NCBI GenBank assembly: GCA_964394435.1
Contig: CAYMXN010000001.1
Location: 170,428 to 234,427 of the forward strand
Origin: an uncultured Candidatus Saccharibacteria bacterium
GTDB lineage: Bacteria; Patescibacteriota; Minisyncoccia; UBA6257; 1-14-0-10-44-23
DNA length: 64,000 bases
Reading direction: 5' to 3'
The notes under the pieces are model-generated. The model was not told where the DNA came from. It worked only from the letters and a program-made list of their open reading frames with translations, and searched no databases. The first letter of the stretch is position 1. Each line of letters begins with the position of its first letter. The position numbers and the translations under genes are program-made. Below, piece after piece: positions 52,394 through 62,901 of this stretch.

Positions 52394-52687
52394 TTATTCC
52401 TTAAAGATTGGAGGAATTTTTAAAAGCCGGCCCTCTTTTTCGGGGAACTCCTTGATAATCGCTTCTTGATTTACAAAATGATTCGGCTGCGTATCAGCAT
52501 CCTCGCGCAAAAGAACACGTCGAGGACGAGCAGTATTAATTGGCCGAGCTGGCAGCTCAGAGAGCTCATTGAAGTGGTCGAGAATTTTTGAAAAGTCCTT
52601 AATAAACTTTTCTTCTTCATTTGGATTGAGCTCAAGTCGGGCGAGATTTGCTAAACGCTCGAGTTCATTTTTATCAATTGATGCCAT
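52394..52687 (-). CDS. gatC: Glutamyl-tRNA(Gln) amidotransferase subunit C
   Basis: 97 aa, immediately upstream of gatA. Typical GatC length and charge pattern. Confidence 0.8.
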   Translation of the reverse strand: MASIDKNELERLANLARLELNPNEEEKFIKDFSKILDHFNELSELPARPINTARPRRVLLREDADTQPNHFVNQEAIIKEFPEKEGRLLKIPPIFKE

Positions 52688-52764
52688 ATTGCTCTAGTAT
52701 ACCTATCTTTCGTTAATTTTCTATATCGATTGACAAATTGTTATTATGTGATACTATCTTGGTT

Positions 52765-52862
52765 AAGCCCTCCCACTCCTGGGCACCCTTAGATGGGATA
52801 AGAGTGGTTGCGGGGCGCTGAAGGCTGGATCATCCAGCTCGAGGCGCCCTCTTTTATTTCAT
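52765..52862 (+). ncRNA. Candidate small RNA (about 95 nt) in the ligA-gatC spacer, on the strand opposite to both genes
   Basis: Promoter-like TTGACA-N16-TACTAT at 52723-52750. Nested perfect hairpin (ggggcgc..gctgga-tca-tccagc..gcgcccc) plus TCTTTTATTT at 52812-52860. Confidence 0.25.
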
Positions 52863-54890
52863 GAAATCTAGAAATTCTTGTTCGTTGAGTATTTTTACAC
52901 CAAGCTGCTCCGCCTTGTCTTTCTTAGAGCCAGCTTCAGCCCCTGCTACAACATAGCTTGTTTTTTTAGAAACAGATTCAGAGATGTCTCCGCCTAAGTC
53001 GCGGATTTTTTGTTTCGCCTCGTCTCTACTCATCGAGGAAAGTGTTCCTGTAAGTACAAACGAAAGACTCTTAAGCTTGGAGCCTTTAGGTTTACTTTGT
53101 GGACTTTCGATGGTAATACCGGCGCGTGAGAGCTTTTCTAGTAATCCAAGATTGCGTTTTTCCTCAAACCAATCATAAATACTTTGCGATACCTTGGGAC
53201 CGATATCCGAAATCTCCTGGAGTTGCTCGAGGGTAATCTGCTTACCCTTTTGAATAAGTTCGTCAATTGAGTGCGCTTGAAAAGCTTGGGCGAGTAAAAT
53301 AGCCGTCTCTTCGCCGACATGCATAATACCGAGACTATACATAAACTTAGCTAGAGGGATCGTTTTTTTGCCGGCAATCTCCTGGACCAGATTTTGTGCG
53401 GACTTTGCGCCAAATCGCTCCAGAACTTCGATTTCTTTCGCCTCAAGGTCGAAAATATCAGCCGCATCATCAATCAAGCCTTCATCTAACAGACGGTCAA
53501 TAATCTTCGGGCCAAGCCCCTCAATATTAAACGCACCCCTACCCACAAAATGATAGAGTTGCTCGCGGTGCCTAGCTCCACACTGCGGATTTGGACAGCG
53601 ATAGATAACGCCATCGCGGACTACCTTGGAACCGTCATATGGACAAATCTCTGGCATCGCAAATGTACGCGCATTTTTTGGGCGTAACTCCGGAAAGACT
53701 TTAATGATTTTCGGAATTACATCTCCGGCACGACTTACCACGACCGTATCACCGATTTTAAGACCAAGCCGCTCAATCTCATCCGCATTGTGCAGTGTTG
53801 AGTGCTTGACAATAACCCCACCAACCTCAACTGGAGTGAGTACGGCGACCGGTGTGAGCGCACCCGTTCGTCCGACTTGTACCACAATATCTTCGACGGT
53901 GGTTGTTTTTTCTTCAGCTGGAAACTTGTAGGCGATTGCGGCACGCGGCGTCTTGCCGATTACTCCTGCCGCTTCAGCGATTACATTGTCATTAATACTT
54001 ACGACAATTCCATCAATTTGATACGGAATTTTGGAACGCTTTTTATTGATTTGCGTGTGAAATGCGAAAACCTCTTCGAGTGAGCTGACGGTTTTACCCT
54101 CGGCGGCGGTTTTAAATCCTAGTTGACGGAGCGCCTGATACTCACCTGCTTTGGTCTTGTACTGCATATCGCTCGTACGCAAAAAATATGCGTGAAAGTC
54201 GAGTTTGCGACTTGCGGCAACTCGTGGATCGAGCTGGCGAATTGATCCGGCGACGAGATTGCGCGGATTAGCATATGGTTTTTCGCCTTTTTTCTCTTGC
54301 TCATTATTAATACGCTCAAACTCTTTTGTGGCAAGAAATGCTTCACCGCGAATAATTGTTTTTTTGGAAATTGGCGCGGCGTTCGATTGAAGATTGAGAG
54401 GAATTGAGTCGATGGTTTTGAGATTTTGCGTAATGTCTTCGCCAAACTCGCCATCGCCACGAGTTGAGCCTTGAATAAGCACTCCATTTTCATATACGAG
54501 CTCAACCGCGAGACCATCCATTTTGAGATCGCAGAAAAAATCCAAGCTTGTGGTTTGCGGCTGATAGTTGATGGATTCTAAATAGTTTAGAAGGCGCTCA
54601 TACCAGTCGCGCATATCCTGTTCGCTAAATGCGTCATTAAGCGAGATCATCCTCGTCTCGTGCCTTACCTTCACAAACTCTTTTAGGGGCTGCCCGCCGA
54701 CGCGCTGCGTTGGGCTATCAGGAGTAATAAGCTCGGGAAATTGCTGCTCTAAGTCAAACAACTCCTTTTTGAGGGAGTCAAGCGCCGCATCAGATATCTC
54801 TTGCTTGTCCAGCACGTGATACTGATAGCGGTGATAATTAATAAGCTCTTTGAGCTTGGTTATGCGCTCCTGGGCAGCTTCTTTATCCAT
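52854..54890 (-). CDS. ligA: NAD-dependent DNA ligase
   Basis: Adenylation domain, OB fold, Zn finger (CPYDGSKVVRDGVIYRCPNPQC), HhH and BRCT-like C-terminus. 678 aa. Confidence 0.92.
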   Translation of the reverse strand: MDKEAAQERITKLKELINYHRYQYHVLDKQEISDAALDSLKKELFDLEQQFPELITPDSPTQRVGGQPLKEFVKVRHETRMISLNDAFSEQDMRDWYERLLNYLESINYQPQTTSLDFFCDLKMDGLAVELVYENGVLIQGSTRGDGEFGEDITQNLKTIDSIPLNLQSNAAPISKKTIIRGEAFLATKEFERINNEQEKKGEKPYANPRNLVAGSIRQLDPRVAASRKLDFHAYFLRTSDMQYKTKAGEYQALRQLGFKTAAEGKTVSSLEEVFAFHTQINKKRSKIPYQIDGIVVSINDNVIAEAAGVIGKTPRAAIAYKFPAEEKTTTVEDIVVQVGRTGALTPVAVLTPVEVGGVIVKHSTLHNADEIERLGLKIGDTVVVSRAGDVIPKIIKVFPELRPKNARTFAMPEICPYDGSKVVRDGVIYRCPNPQCGARHREQLYHFVGRGAFNIEGLGPKIIDRLLDEGLIDDAADIFDLEAKEIEVLERFGAKSAQNLVQEIAGKKTIPLAKFMYSLGIMHVGEETAILLAQAFQAHSIDELIQKGKQITLEQLQEISDIGPKVSQSIYDWFEEKRNLGLLEKLSRAGITIESPQSKPKGSKLKSLSFVLTGTLSSMSRDEAKQKIRDLGGDISESVSKKTSYVVAGAEAGSKKDKAEQLGVKILNEQEFLDFMK

Positions 54891-55003
54891 ACAGCCTATT
54901 TTACCCTACTTCTCACCTCTTTTCGAGTAAAATATTGACAATGATTATTACATATTGTATTTTAATTTAGTTCGAATCAACCTCTTTCAAGGACGCTCTT
55001 TCT

Positions 55004-55330
55004 ATGACATCTCCCGCTCCGTCTCTTCGTTTGGAGCAGAATCTCATCGTCCAGGGTGACCTGACGATGGTTGTCGGAGGTATCCCGGTCATGAGTTTCG
55101 ACGGTGGCCGCGAAGCGGAGACCGTTGTCAACTTTCTGCGCTGCGGCTGTCTGGCAGTTCAGCTGACTGATGATCATTCGGAGGAAGTGCTCGCCCGCGG
55201 CACTGCGAGATTAAAGAAGTATCTTGATGCGTTGGCGATGAGTGGAGAGGAGTTCATCGTTGCGCAACATTCGAATGCTGCGGAGGACAACTATCACGTC
55301 CTCATCGTCACGCGAGTAGCGCAGTCGTAG
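55004..55330 (+). CDS. Hypothetical protein (GC-rich ORFan)
   Basis: 108 aa. Weak RBS. Followed by terminator cccgcaa...ttgcggg plus atttttatt at 55355-55390. Confidence 0.4.
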   Translation: MTSPAPSLRLEQNLIVQGDLTMVVGGIPVMSFDGGREAETVVNFLRCGCLAVQLTDDHSEEVLARGTARLKKYLDALAMSGEEFIVAQHSNAAEDNYHVLIVTRVAQS

Positions 55331-55378
55331 GACCGAGACCTCTCGCCCCGCCCGCAATCCTAACCGGTTGCGGGATTT

Positions 55379-55768
55379 TTATTGCTGACACGGAATCGTG
55401 TCGGTATATGCGCCGATATTTAAGATAAATGAGCGAAATGTCTTACCGGCTGTGCCGTTACTGTTAATCACTACGTCTTTTGGATCAGCTGGATTGGTTG
55501 CGGTTTCGAGTGAGATTGCGGACTCGGACTGGGTCGCATCGACAAATTCAGGTGCGGGGTGATTACAGTCGTTTTGAAGTAATTGATAGAGACGGTAGTT
55601 AATACCGGTGTCGGCTGCGTAAATCGCTTTGGCAGATTGCGCGGCGTTTCCGGCCTGGCGAATTTGATACAACATCAATACTCCAGCAACGGTAATTGAT
55701 GCTAAAACGACACCCGAGAGTACGAGCGTAGTTATAAGCATTACTTGTCCACGTTGTGAGTTTTTCAT
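55379..55768 (-). CDS. Type IV pilus minor pilin or assembly protein, PilX/ComGG-like
   Basis: N-terminal hydrophobic helix (RGQVMLITTLVLSGVVLA) without the classic G-F-T-L-x-E motif. Last gene of the pilin operon. Confidence 0.5.
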   Translation of the reverse strand: MKNSQRGQVMLITTLVLSGVVLASITVAGVLMLYQIRQAGNAAQSAKAIYAADTGINYRLYQLLQNDCNHPAPEFVDATQSESAISLETATNPADPKDVVINSNGTAGKTFRSFILNIGAYTDTIPCQQ

Positions 55769-55770
55769 AG

Positions 55771-56280
55771 CTATTGATTAAGCACGAGCGGCGCGACGGT
55801 AGTTTGTAGATTAGTAAATACTTGATCGACATCGCGGGCTTTTGAGCCGACGCGCATTACAATAGTGATCCGCGGAATTTCAAGCGTACTCCCCTCGTCC
55901 TGCTTTACCACGCGAAATCCGAGACGATCTACATATACATTAGTCGCGGTAATTGGCAAAAAGAGACCGTTGTCTTCACGTCGCTCGATTTTCCCATCAT
56001 TGAGCTGATAGCTGATCGCCTGTCCTCGGGCACTTATAAACTCTAATGACTCTGAATCAACCGACTGAAAATCAGTTCCCGTGCGAATCTCACGCGCCAT
56101 TTGTTCGAGCGTTAAGCTCGCGTTATCGTTGATGGCGATGAGTGAGACGATGGCGCGCTGACTCCGGAGCGCACGCACGAAACTCGTACTCGCAATGGCG
56201 ATAATAACCGAAAATACCGTTATTGAAACGAGTAACTCGACAACCGTGAATCCTTTGTTGGTGCGAAGATTGATTTTCAT
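55771..56280 (-). CDS. Type IV minor pilin (prepilin-type N-terminal cleavage and methylation domain)
   Basis: KGFTVVELLVSI class III signal motif. Confidence 0.7.
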   Translation of the reverse strand: MKINLRTNKGFTVVELLVSITVFSVIIAIASTSFVRALRSQRAIVSLIAINDNASLTLEQMAREIRTGTDFQSVDSESLEFISARGQAISYQLNDGKIERREDNGLFLPITATNVYVDRLGFRVVKQDEGSTLEIPRITIVMRVGSKARDVDQVFTNLQTTVAPLVLNQ

Positions 56281-56285
56281 ACTTC

Positions 56286-56819
56286 TTAGTTACTGCACGC
56301 GGCTGGTGCCGGTCGCCAGTTGTATAAGTGATCTTCGACGTCGATTTGTGTATCTGAACCACTGCGTCCCTTCCAGCGGACCGAAGAGACTACTTGAATT
56401 TCCTGATTTTGATCGCCTAAAGTCGAGATAGCAACGGTTCGATAGTACGGCGTTGCCTCTCCGGATTGGTAGCTATACACGCCGGTATTTACATCAAACT
56501 TCAATGGATCACCCGAAACGCCACCAAGCGAAGCGCTATCGTACTGTACCTCGTGCGCACCATCGGCAATATCTTGATTCCATGCCTCACACTGCTGGAT
56601 GTTTTGGTCAATTAGATTTTTAACTACCTCAATACCCTCGCTCGCAAGATAGGTTGCCGTATATTGCTCGGAAACAACACGATTAAGACTAATTGCGCGG
56701 GCGATTAAATTAAAAATGCTAAAGATAGCCACAATCAAAATCGTAATGGCGATCATCGCCTCGATAAGCATTTGCCCGTGGGTAGCTTTTAATTTAAGGG
56801 TTTGAGCGGAGAACTTCAT
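56286..56819 (-). CDS. Type IV minor pilin (PilV-like)
   Basis: HGQMLIEAMIAITIL prepilin-like N-terminus. Confidence 0.65.
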   Translation of the reverse strand: MKFSAQTLKLKATHGQMLIEAMIAITILIVAIFSIFNLIARAISLNRVVSEQYTATYLASEGIEVVKNLIDQNIQQCEAWNQDIADGAHEVQYDSASLGGVSGDPLKFDVNTGVYSYQSGEATPYYRTVAISTLGDQNQEIQVVSSVRWKGRSGSDTQIDVEDHLYNWRPAPAACSN

Positions 56820-56840
56820 TATGTATAAGTATAGCGCGAA

Positions 56841-57374
56841 TTACTGCGTAGTTACCTGTCCGGCCGAGTTGATGATAATTGATACTCGATTATCAGTCGT
56901 TGCCCCGAGCTCAAATATCGCATCGCTAGTCGCGCGCTGACCATCGGTATACACACGTGGATCTGGTGGCGTAAATAAAACGTCAGTCGCCCCTCTGCTC
57001 GTAAACTCAACACCCGGCGAAAGCTCAAACTCTTCTAGCTTTTCATCTTCCGAGGTGTACTTCCGATCCGTTGATGCGTCTGAACACTTCGTACCACTAC
57101 TTATCGCGTCTTTATAGAGGAAGTAATGTCGTTCGTCAGTAAATGAGATGCCGTAGCCACAAATCTGCTCATCTTCAGCTTGTATACGTTGGAGCGTCAT
57201 ACTGCGGGCGCGCAGCACGTCGCCAACAAATTTTGCCTGATCTTTATATAGTGCGATTTGCTTATTGCCCGTCTGTGTATAGACCAACAAAAGCGAACTT
57301 AATAACGCGACGATTGCGACCGTAACGAGCATCTCGGTTAGCGTAAAGCCACTTTGTCGATTATTTTTTTTCAT
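56841..57374 (-). CDS. Type IV pseudopilin or minor pilin
   Basis: SGFTLTEMLVTVAIVA prepilin N-terminus. Confidence 0.75.
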   Translation of the reverse strand: MKKNNRQSGFTLTEMLVTVAIVALLSSLLLVYTQTGNKQIALYKDQAKFVGDVLRARSMTLQRIQAEDEQICGYGISFTDERHYFLYKDAISSGTKCSDASTDRKYTSEDEKLEEFELSPGVEFTSRGATDVLFTPPDPRVYTDGQRATSDAIFELGATTDNRVSIIINSAGQVTTQ

Positions 57375-57378
57375 TTTA

Positions 57379-58263
57379 TTAAATTAAACTAAAGTACCAG
57401 CGTAAAAATGACTCACCATAAAACAGAGCTAGATACATACCTACAGCTAAAAATGGTCCAAATGGAACACCATCTTTCATTTTTTTAAGGCCAAAAAAGA
57501 GTAAACTTATCGCGAAAAGCGAGCCGACAATAAAAGCAAAACCTAGGCTTAATAGTACATCTGGATAACCAACTAATAAGCCGATAGGGATCGCGATTTT
57601 TAGGTCGCCCATACCCATACCTCGCCCTTTGGTTGCGGTAATTATGAGCGCGAACAGACCAAATCCGATTATCACCGCTACGAGTGAGCTGGTTAACGGA
57701 TTAGCAAAATGACTAAGTGCGGTGCTATATGGACCAGCAAACGAGCCTCCATATCCGAAGATAGTTGGGAACGAGGCTTTGAGTATTACGGTAAGTGCGG
57801 CAAAACTCGCCATAAAAATTGTTATTTGATCCGGCAAAATTGTATATCGAATATCGATAATTGAGGTGACGATAAACGCGTAAGTAATGAGCAGCCAGGC
57901 GCCTACAAATACGTAAAACGGCCAGATTGGACTTCCGACAACCATAAGCTGCTGGATGCTGTAGTAGTTGTAGAAGAAGATACTAACCGCTGCGGTTAAA
58001 AAGCCTGTCAAAAACTCAATTACCGGATACTGCCATGAGATTGAGTGGCGGCAGTGTCGACACTTAGCTCCCTGAACAATAAAGCTAAAAAGTGGCACTA
58101 ACTCGTACCATCGCAATCCTTTTTTGCAGGTCATACACATTGACCGGCCACCGATTTGTCGCACATCTAACAGCGCCTGCTCTGGCTTATAGCGTAATGC
58201 CAATACATTCAAAAAGCTGCCTATAATCAAGCCGGCTACAAAGAGGACGACAAACATATACAT
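57379..58263 (-). CDS. pilD: Prepilin peptidase (A24 family) with a CxxC...CxxC zinc-binding domain
   Basis: N-terminal TM helices, CMTCKK...CRHCRH motif and C-terminal peptidase TM core. Confidence 0.88.
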   Translation of the reverse strand: MYMFVVLFVAGLIIGSFLNVLALRYKPEQALLDVRQIGGRSMCMTCKKGLRWYELVPLFSFIVQGAKCRHCRHSISWQYPVIEFLTGFLTAAVSIFFYNYYSIQQLMVVGSPIWPFYVFVGAWLLITYAFIVTSIIDIRYTILPDQITIFMASFAALTVILKASFPTIFGYGGSFAGPYSTALSHFANPLTSSLVAVIIGFGLFALIITATKGRGMGMGDLKIAIPIGLLVGYPDVLLSLGFAFIVGSLFAISLLFFGLKKMKDGVPFGPFLAVGMYLALFYGESFLRWYFSLI

Positions 58264-58293
58264 ATGTTCAGAAATTAGGCGGCTACCGAAACG

Positions 58294-58782
58294 CTAGAAC
58301 TTAATACAATAGGTAAGTCGTGCGGTGCAATCAATTGATGCTCCGTTGTAGTCTGACTCGCCTCCACCGGCGTACGAATCTTTAAGAAGCGGGCTGTTTT
58401 CGTCTTCAAGAGTTGCTGCGAGAATATAGCTCTGCCCTGACTGACTAACGGCATATCGATAGTTGCGCGATGAGTCGTCGGCATAGAGTGGGTCTGAACT
58501 CAAGCTCGTAACGCCAATACCCGAGTCGGCGAGCGCATCTTTTAAGCCCGCCCAGTCACTTGGATCTCCTGCACCACAATCAGCCGCGCCTGGATAGCGT
58601 TGGCAACGTGCATAATACAATTCAAGCCCCTGCTGTACCTGACGTAAATCAGCCGCGCGGCGCGCATCACGACCACGACCGCGAACTGAACCAAGACCGG
58701 AAAGAACCACCGAGGCTAACAGACCGATGATGCCGACGACGATTAAGATTTCGATAAGAGTAAATCCTCCTTTTTTATTCAT
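58294..58782 (-). CDS. pilA: Type IV major pilin
   Basis: GGFTLIEILIVVGIIGLLA class III signal. 162 aa. C-terminal Cys pair. Confidence 0.8.
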   Translation of the reverse strand: MNKKGGFTLIEILIVVGIIGLLASVVLSGLGSVRGRGRDARRAADLRQVQQGLELYYARCQRYPGAADCGAGDPSDWAGLKDALADSGIGVTSLSSDPLYADDSSRNYRYAVSQSGQSYILAATLEDENSPLLKDSYAGGGESDYNGASIDCTARLTYCIKF

Positions 58783-58834
58783 ATTCGCTTATTGGATTAA
58801 TGATCTTTCCTATTGTTTTATTATATCACGACGA

Positions 58835-60043
58835 TTAAAACGCTTGGGCGAGGTTGTAAATCGGGATAAGAATTGAGGCGAACAGCAGGCCGACGAGCGC
58901 GCCCATTACTACCATCAAAATTGGCTGGATTAACTCTACGAGGTTATTTACTACGCTATCAATCTCGCGGGAGTACATTCGAGCGATACGATCAAACATC
59001 TCTTCGAGCTTACCGGTTTTCTCACCAACTGAAACCATTTGCCCAACCATTGGCGGGAAGTACGATAAATCACGCGACAGAGCTACTGAAAGCAGCTCGC
59101 CAGCGCGAATTTGGTCGGCAGACGCACGTAGCGCTTCGGCGTACACCGGACTACCAACCGCACCACCACTAATCTCGATAGCTTCAGCAATTGGAATACC
59201 TCCTTTAATAAGGACACTAATTGACTCTGAAAATCGGGCGATGAATACCTTTTTAAGTAAATTTCCGATAATTGGAATCTTAAATCCAATTTGATTAAAT
59301 ACCGCCTTACCCTCCTCGCTCTTAAAGTAATCGATGAGCAAAATGGTTACGGCGATGAGTGCGACGACAATTACTACCCACCAGGAAGCGACGAACTTAC
59401 CTGCGGCGAGCAATATCTTCGTAATAATCGGCAGTGGTACGTTTGATTCTTCAAAAATTGGAGCGAGCTGCGGGAACACAAAACCGACAAGCACGCCGGC
59501 GACGATGATAAATAGTCCGATTACAAAAACTGGATAGATGAGCGCGTTACGAACACGGCCAATAAGACTTAACTCTTTTTCTAAGAAGTCTGCTAAGAAG
59601 CCCATCACCTCTTCCACGCGTCCGGTAACCTCGGCTGAGCGAATTAAGTTCACATAGAACTCGGAAAAAATATTTGTGTGGCGCTCAAGTGCTTGGGAAA
59701 GTGAAAGACCACCACCAATATCCTGCGAGACTTCGTAAATTACTTCTTTCAAATAAATATTCTTTGTTTGCGCGTACAAATTTTTAAGCGAATCCGTCAT
59801 TGGAATCTTCGCCTCAAGCAGGGTCGCAAACTGACGTGTAAATACCATCAAGTCCTGTCGTTTTACGCGATTGAAAAAGCTTGTAACCGCGCTAAATAAC
59901 TTAGGCGAGTTTACCTCTTCAATACTTAAGATATATAAGTCGTGGCTATTCAGAATATTAAAGGCGGCATTTCGATTGACCGCTTCAACATATCCAACTT
60001 GGAGCTCTCCGGCTTTTGTACGTGCGCTGTAATGGTACTTCAT
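58835..60043 (-). CDS. pilC: Type IV pilus platform protein (GspF/PilC family)
   Basis: Two GspF-type repeats. 402 aa. Confidence 0.88.
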   Translation of the reverse strand: MKYHYSARTKAGELQVGYVEAVNRNAAFNILNSHDLYILSIEEVNSPKLFSAVTSFFNRVKRQDLMVFTRQFATLLEAKIPMTDSLKNLYAQTKNIYLKEVIYEVSQDIGGGLSLSQALERHTNIFSEFYVNLIRSAEVTGRVEEVMGFLADFLEKELSLIGRVRNALIYPVFVIGLFIIVAGVLVGFVFPQLAPIFEESNVPLPIITKILLAAGKFVASWWVVIVVALIAVTILLIDYFKSEEGKAVFNQIGFKIPIIGNLLKKVFIARFSESISVLIKGGIPIAEAIEISGGAVGSPVYAEALRASADQIRAGELLSVALSRDLSYFPPMVGQMVSVGEKTGKLEEMFDRIARMYSREIDSVVNNLVELIQPILMVVMGALVGLLFASILIPIYNLAQAF

Positions 60044-60051
60044 TGGCGTGA

Positions 60052-61125
60052 TTAGATTCTCTCGAGCAGGATGCGAAGTTCGGAAGGATTAATTGAGTAC
60101 AGTTCGGCGTTTTCAAGGCTGATCTGCTTTTGCTTAACCAGTGTGGCGAGACGGCGGTTAAGCGTCATCATACCCTCTTGTAGGTTTGTTTCGATAACCA
60201 GGTCGATCTGATACGCTTTGCGCTCACGGATCAAGTTACGGATAGCCGAGTTTACGATCATTATTTCGCAAACCGGAATACGTCCACCGCTAATTTTTGG
60301 CACTAGGCGTTGCGAAACAATTGCCACAAGCGTGGCGGCAAGCTGGCTCGTCACCTGTCCTTGCTGCCCCTCCGGAAAACTGTCGATAATACGATCGATA
60401 GTTTGACTGGCAGAGTTTGTGTGAAGCGTCGAAAAGACTAAGTGACCAGTTTCCGCCGCAGTCATTGCGGTTGAAATGGACTCTGGGTCGCGCATTTCAC
60501 CAACCATGATGACGTCTGGGTCTTGGCGCAATACGGATTTAAGTGCCTGATTGAAGTTTGAAGTATCTCCTCCCACTTCACGCTGCGAAATAATCGAACG
60601 ATCCTGACTAAATAGGTACTCAATCGGATCTTCGATCGTGATAATGTGCTCGGTACGGGTGTGGTTGATCTCGTCTAAAACTGCGGCAAGCGTAGTAGAC
60701 TTTCCCTGACCGGCCGGACCGACACACAAAATAAATCCCTGTGAGATTTTTGCAAAATCATGAAGAACTGGCGGCAACCCAAGCTCTTCGATTGTTTTAA
60801 TTTGCGCAGGAATTAAACGAAGCGCTGCAGCCATATATCCGCGCTGAAAAAATGCGTTAGCGCGGAAACGGGCATCGTCGCCGTGGGAAAACGAAAAATC
60901 AATCTCGCGATTGTGTAAAAAAGTTTCTTTTTGCTGTGGAGTAAGAAGAGCTGAAACTAACCCCTCGGCGACCTCTGGGGTGATGATCTCCTCTTGTTGT
61001 AATGGCACAAGAATACCGTCGAGACGAAGTGTCGGCCGACGGCCAACGGCGATGTGTAAGTCAGAAGCACCTTGTCGGGCGGTTGTAATCAGTAAGTCGC
61101 TTAACTTTTGTTTGTAGTTTTCCAT
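60052..61125 (-). CDS. pilT: Type IV pilus retraction ATPase
   Basis: Walker A GPAGQGKST. PilT-size (357 aa) secretion ATPase. Confidence 0.88.
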   Translation of the reverse strand: MENYKQKLSDLLITTARQGASDLHIAVGRRPTLRLDGILVPLQQEEIITPEVAEGLVSALLTPQQKETFLHNREIDFSFSHGDDARFRANAFFQRGYMAAALRLIPAQIKTIEELGLPPVLHDFAKISQGFILCVGPAGQGKSTTLAAVLDEINHTRTEHIITIEDPIEYLFSQDRSIISQREVGGDTSNFNQALKSVLRQDPDVIMVGEMRDPESISTAMTAAETGHLVFSTLHTNSASQTIDRIIDSFPEGQQGQVTSQLAATLVAIVSQRLVPKISGGRIPVCEIMIVNSAIRNLIRERKAYQIDLVIETNLQEGMMTLNRRLATLVKQKQISLENAELYSINPSELRILLERI

Positions 61126-61150
61126 AGCTTATTTTTAAGTATATCACTGA

Positions 61151-62887
61151 TTAAAACTCCTCGGTTTCGCGAATAACATCTTCGATGGTTAAAATACCAT
61201 CAAGCGCTTTCATAATACCGTCTTGGCGAAGCGTAATCATACCCTGCCGGCGAGCCTCTTCGGCGATTTTTACATCATTGATGCCGCCGCTGATAATCGC
61301 AGCTAACTGCGGAGTCATTTGTAGCATTTCGAAAATCGCGATACGTCCGACGATGCCTTTTTGCTTACAAACCTCACAACCTGGCGCGTGATATATCGTA
61401 TATGGCTTTTTATATTTAGCGCGCAACGCCTCTGGGAGTTTTGCTAGCTCTTTATCGATTACCGCCGCTATCGTAGCCGGAGCCTCTGTTCCCTTTTTGC
61501 ACTTTTGGCAGATTTTTGAGACTAGTCGCTGCGCCGCCATTACGTTTACTGCTGACGGAAGCAAAAATGGCTCAACTTTCATATCAGCTAAGCGGGAGAT
61601 AACTGAAAGTGCGTTGTTCGTGTGGAGCGTTGAAAGAACGATGTGTCCGGTGAGTGCGGCGTGAACGGCGAGTCCGGCGGTTTCGCTATCACGAATCTCA
61701 CCAACCATAATAACATCTGGGTCTTGGCGCAAAATCTGGCGAAGTCCTGATGCAAAATCATATCCAATTTCAGGACGAACCTGTGATTGGTTTACCCCAT
61801 CAATCGTGTACTCAACCGGATCCTCGAGGCTGACTACGTTTGTACCAACGCCATTTAAAATCTGCATTATCGCGTACAACGTTGTTGTCTTACCAGAACC
61901 AGTCGGACCGGTAATCAGCACCATACCATATGGCTTTTTTACATTTTCCATAATGATATCGAGATTGCGTCCCACTAAGCCAAGTTGATCGAGACTCTTA
62001 AGTCCCGTGTTTGGATCAAGTACGCGTAGCGCAACCTTTTCTCCTGATGGTGTTGGAAAAGTTGAAACACGAAAGTCGATCTCGCGACCAAAAATATTCG
62101 TACGGAATCGTCCGTCTTGTGGTACACGATTTTCATCAATTTTTAACTCCGACATAATTTTTACGCGGGAGAGAATTGGCTGATGGAGCTCGATCGGCAT
62201 ACTGGAGATTTCTTGGAGTACTCCATCGATACGAAAACGCACTCGAACTCGTTTCCCTTCAGGCTCGATGTGAATATCAGACGCACCCACATTGATCGCC
62301 TCTTTAAGCAAAGATGCGACGATTTTAATAACCGGGGCTTCTTCGGCGCTACCCATTGTTCGTTCTTCAAGACCAATCACGCGCTGCTTTTGTGCGCCCG
62401 CTTTATCCGGCTTAGCCATTACGGTACGCAGTGCCTCCTGAAACGTACTTTGAAATGGCGAGTAGCGGCGAAGTACGAGATTTAGATCTGATGGCGTGAT
62501 GATATACGCACCAAGATTAATACGCCCCTGCTTGGCGATAAACCGGAGCACCTCCTGCGTTTTTTGGTCATCAGGATGCACCATACCGACCGTCAATAAA
62601 TCACCTTCTTTTGCCAACGGAACAACTTGGTAGGTCTTTGCGGTCTCTTCTGGAATAATCTTTAATACGTCGTCAGAAATTTCTGACAAACTTACCTGCA
62701 TAAATGGAATCCCTAAAATCTTACCCTTCGCCTCTGCGATGCTCTTTTCGTCAGCAAGATTTCTTCCATACAAAACATCTTCGGCTGGTTTGCCGAAGCT
62801 AATGCTGTCGCGGAGTACATTTTCTCCATCCTGCGGAGACAGAAAACCGCCGTCTATCAGTTCTTTTACAAGACGCTGGTCATCCAT
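61151..62887 (-). CDS. pilB: Type IV pilus assembly ATPase (GspE family)
   Basis: Walker A GPTGSGKTT, tetra-Cys motif (CQKCKK...CEVCK) and N-terminal GSPII domain. Confidence 0.9.
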   Translation of the reverse strand: MDDQRLVKELIDGGFLSPQDGENVLRDSISFGKPAEDVLYGRNLADEKSIAEAKGKILGIPFMQVSLSEISDDVLKIIPEETAKTYQVVPLAKEGDLLTVGMVHPDDQKTQEVLRFIAKQGRINLGAYIITPSDLNLVLRRYSPFQSTFQEALRTVMAKPDKAGAQKQRVIGLEERTMGSAEEAPVIKIVASLLKEAINVGASDIHIEPEGKRVRVRFRIDGVLQEISSMPIELHQPILSRVKIMSELKIDENRVPQDGRFRTNIFGREIDFRVSTFPTPSGEKVALRVLDPNTGLKSLDQLGLVGRNLDIIMENVKKPYGMVLITGPTGSGKTTTLYAIMQILNGVGTNVVSLEDPVEYTIDGVNQSQVRPEIGYDFASGLRQILRQDPDVIMVGEIRDSETAGLAVHAALTGHIVLSTLHTNNALSVISRLADMKVEPFLLPSAVNVMAAQRLVSKICQKCKKGTEAPATIAAVIDKELAKLPEALRAKYKKPYTIYHAPGCEVCKQKGIVGRIAIFEMLQMTPQLAAIISGGINDVKIAEEARRQGMITLRQDGIMKALDGILTIEDVIRETEEF

Positions 62888-62901
62888 AGCGGTTTTGTAT
62901 T

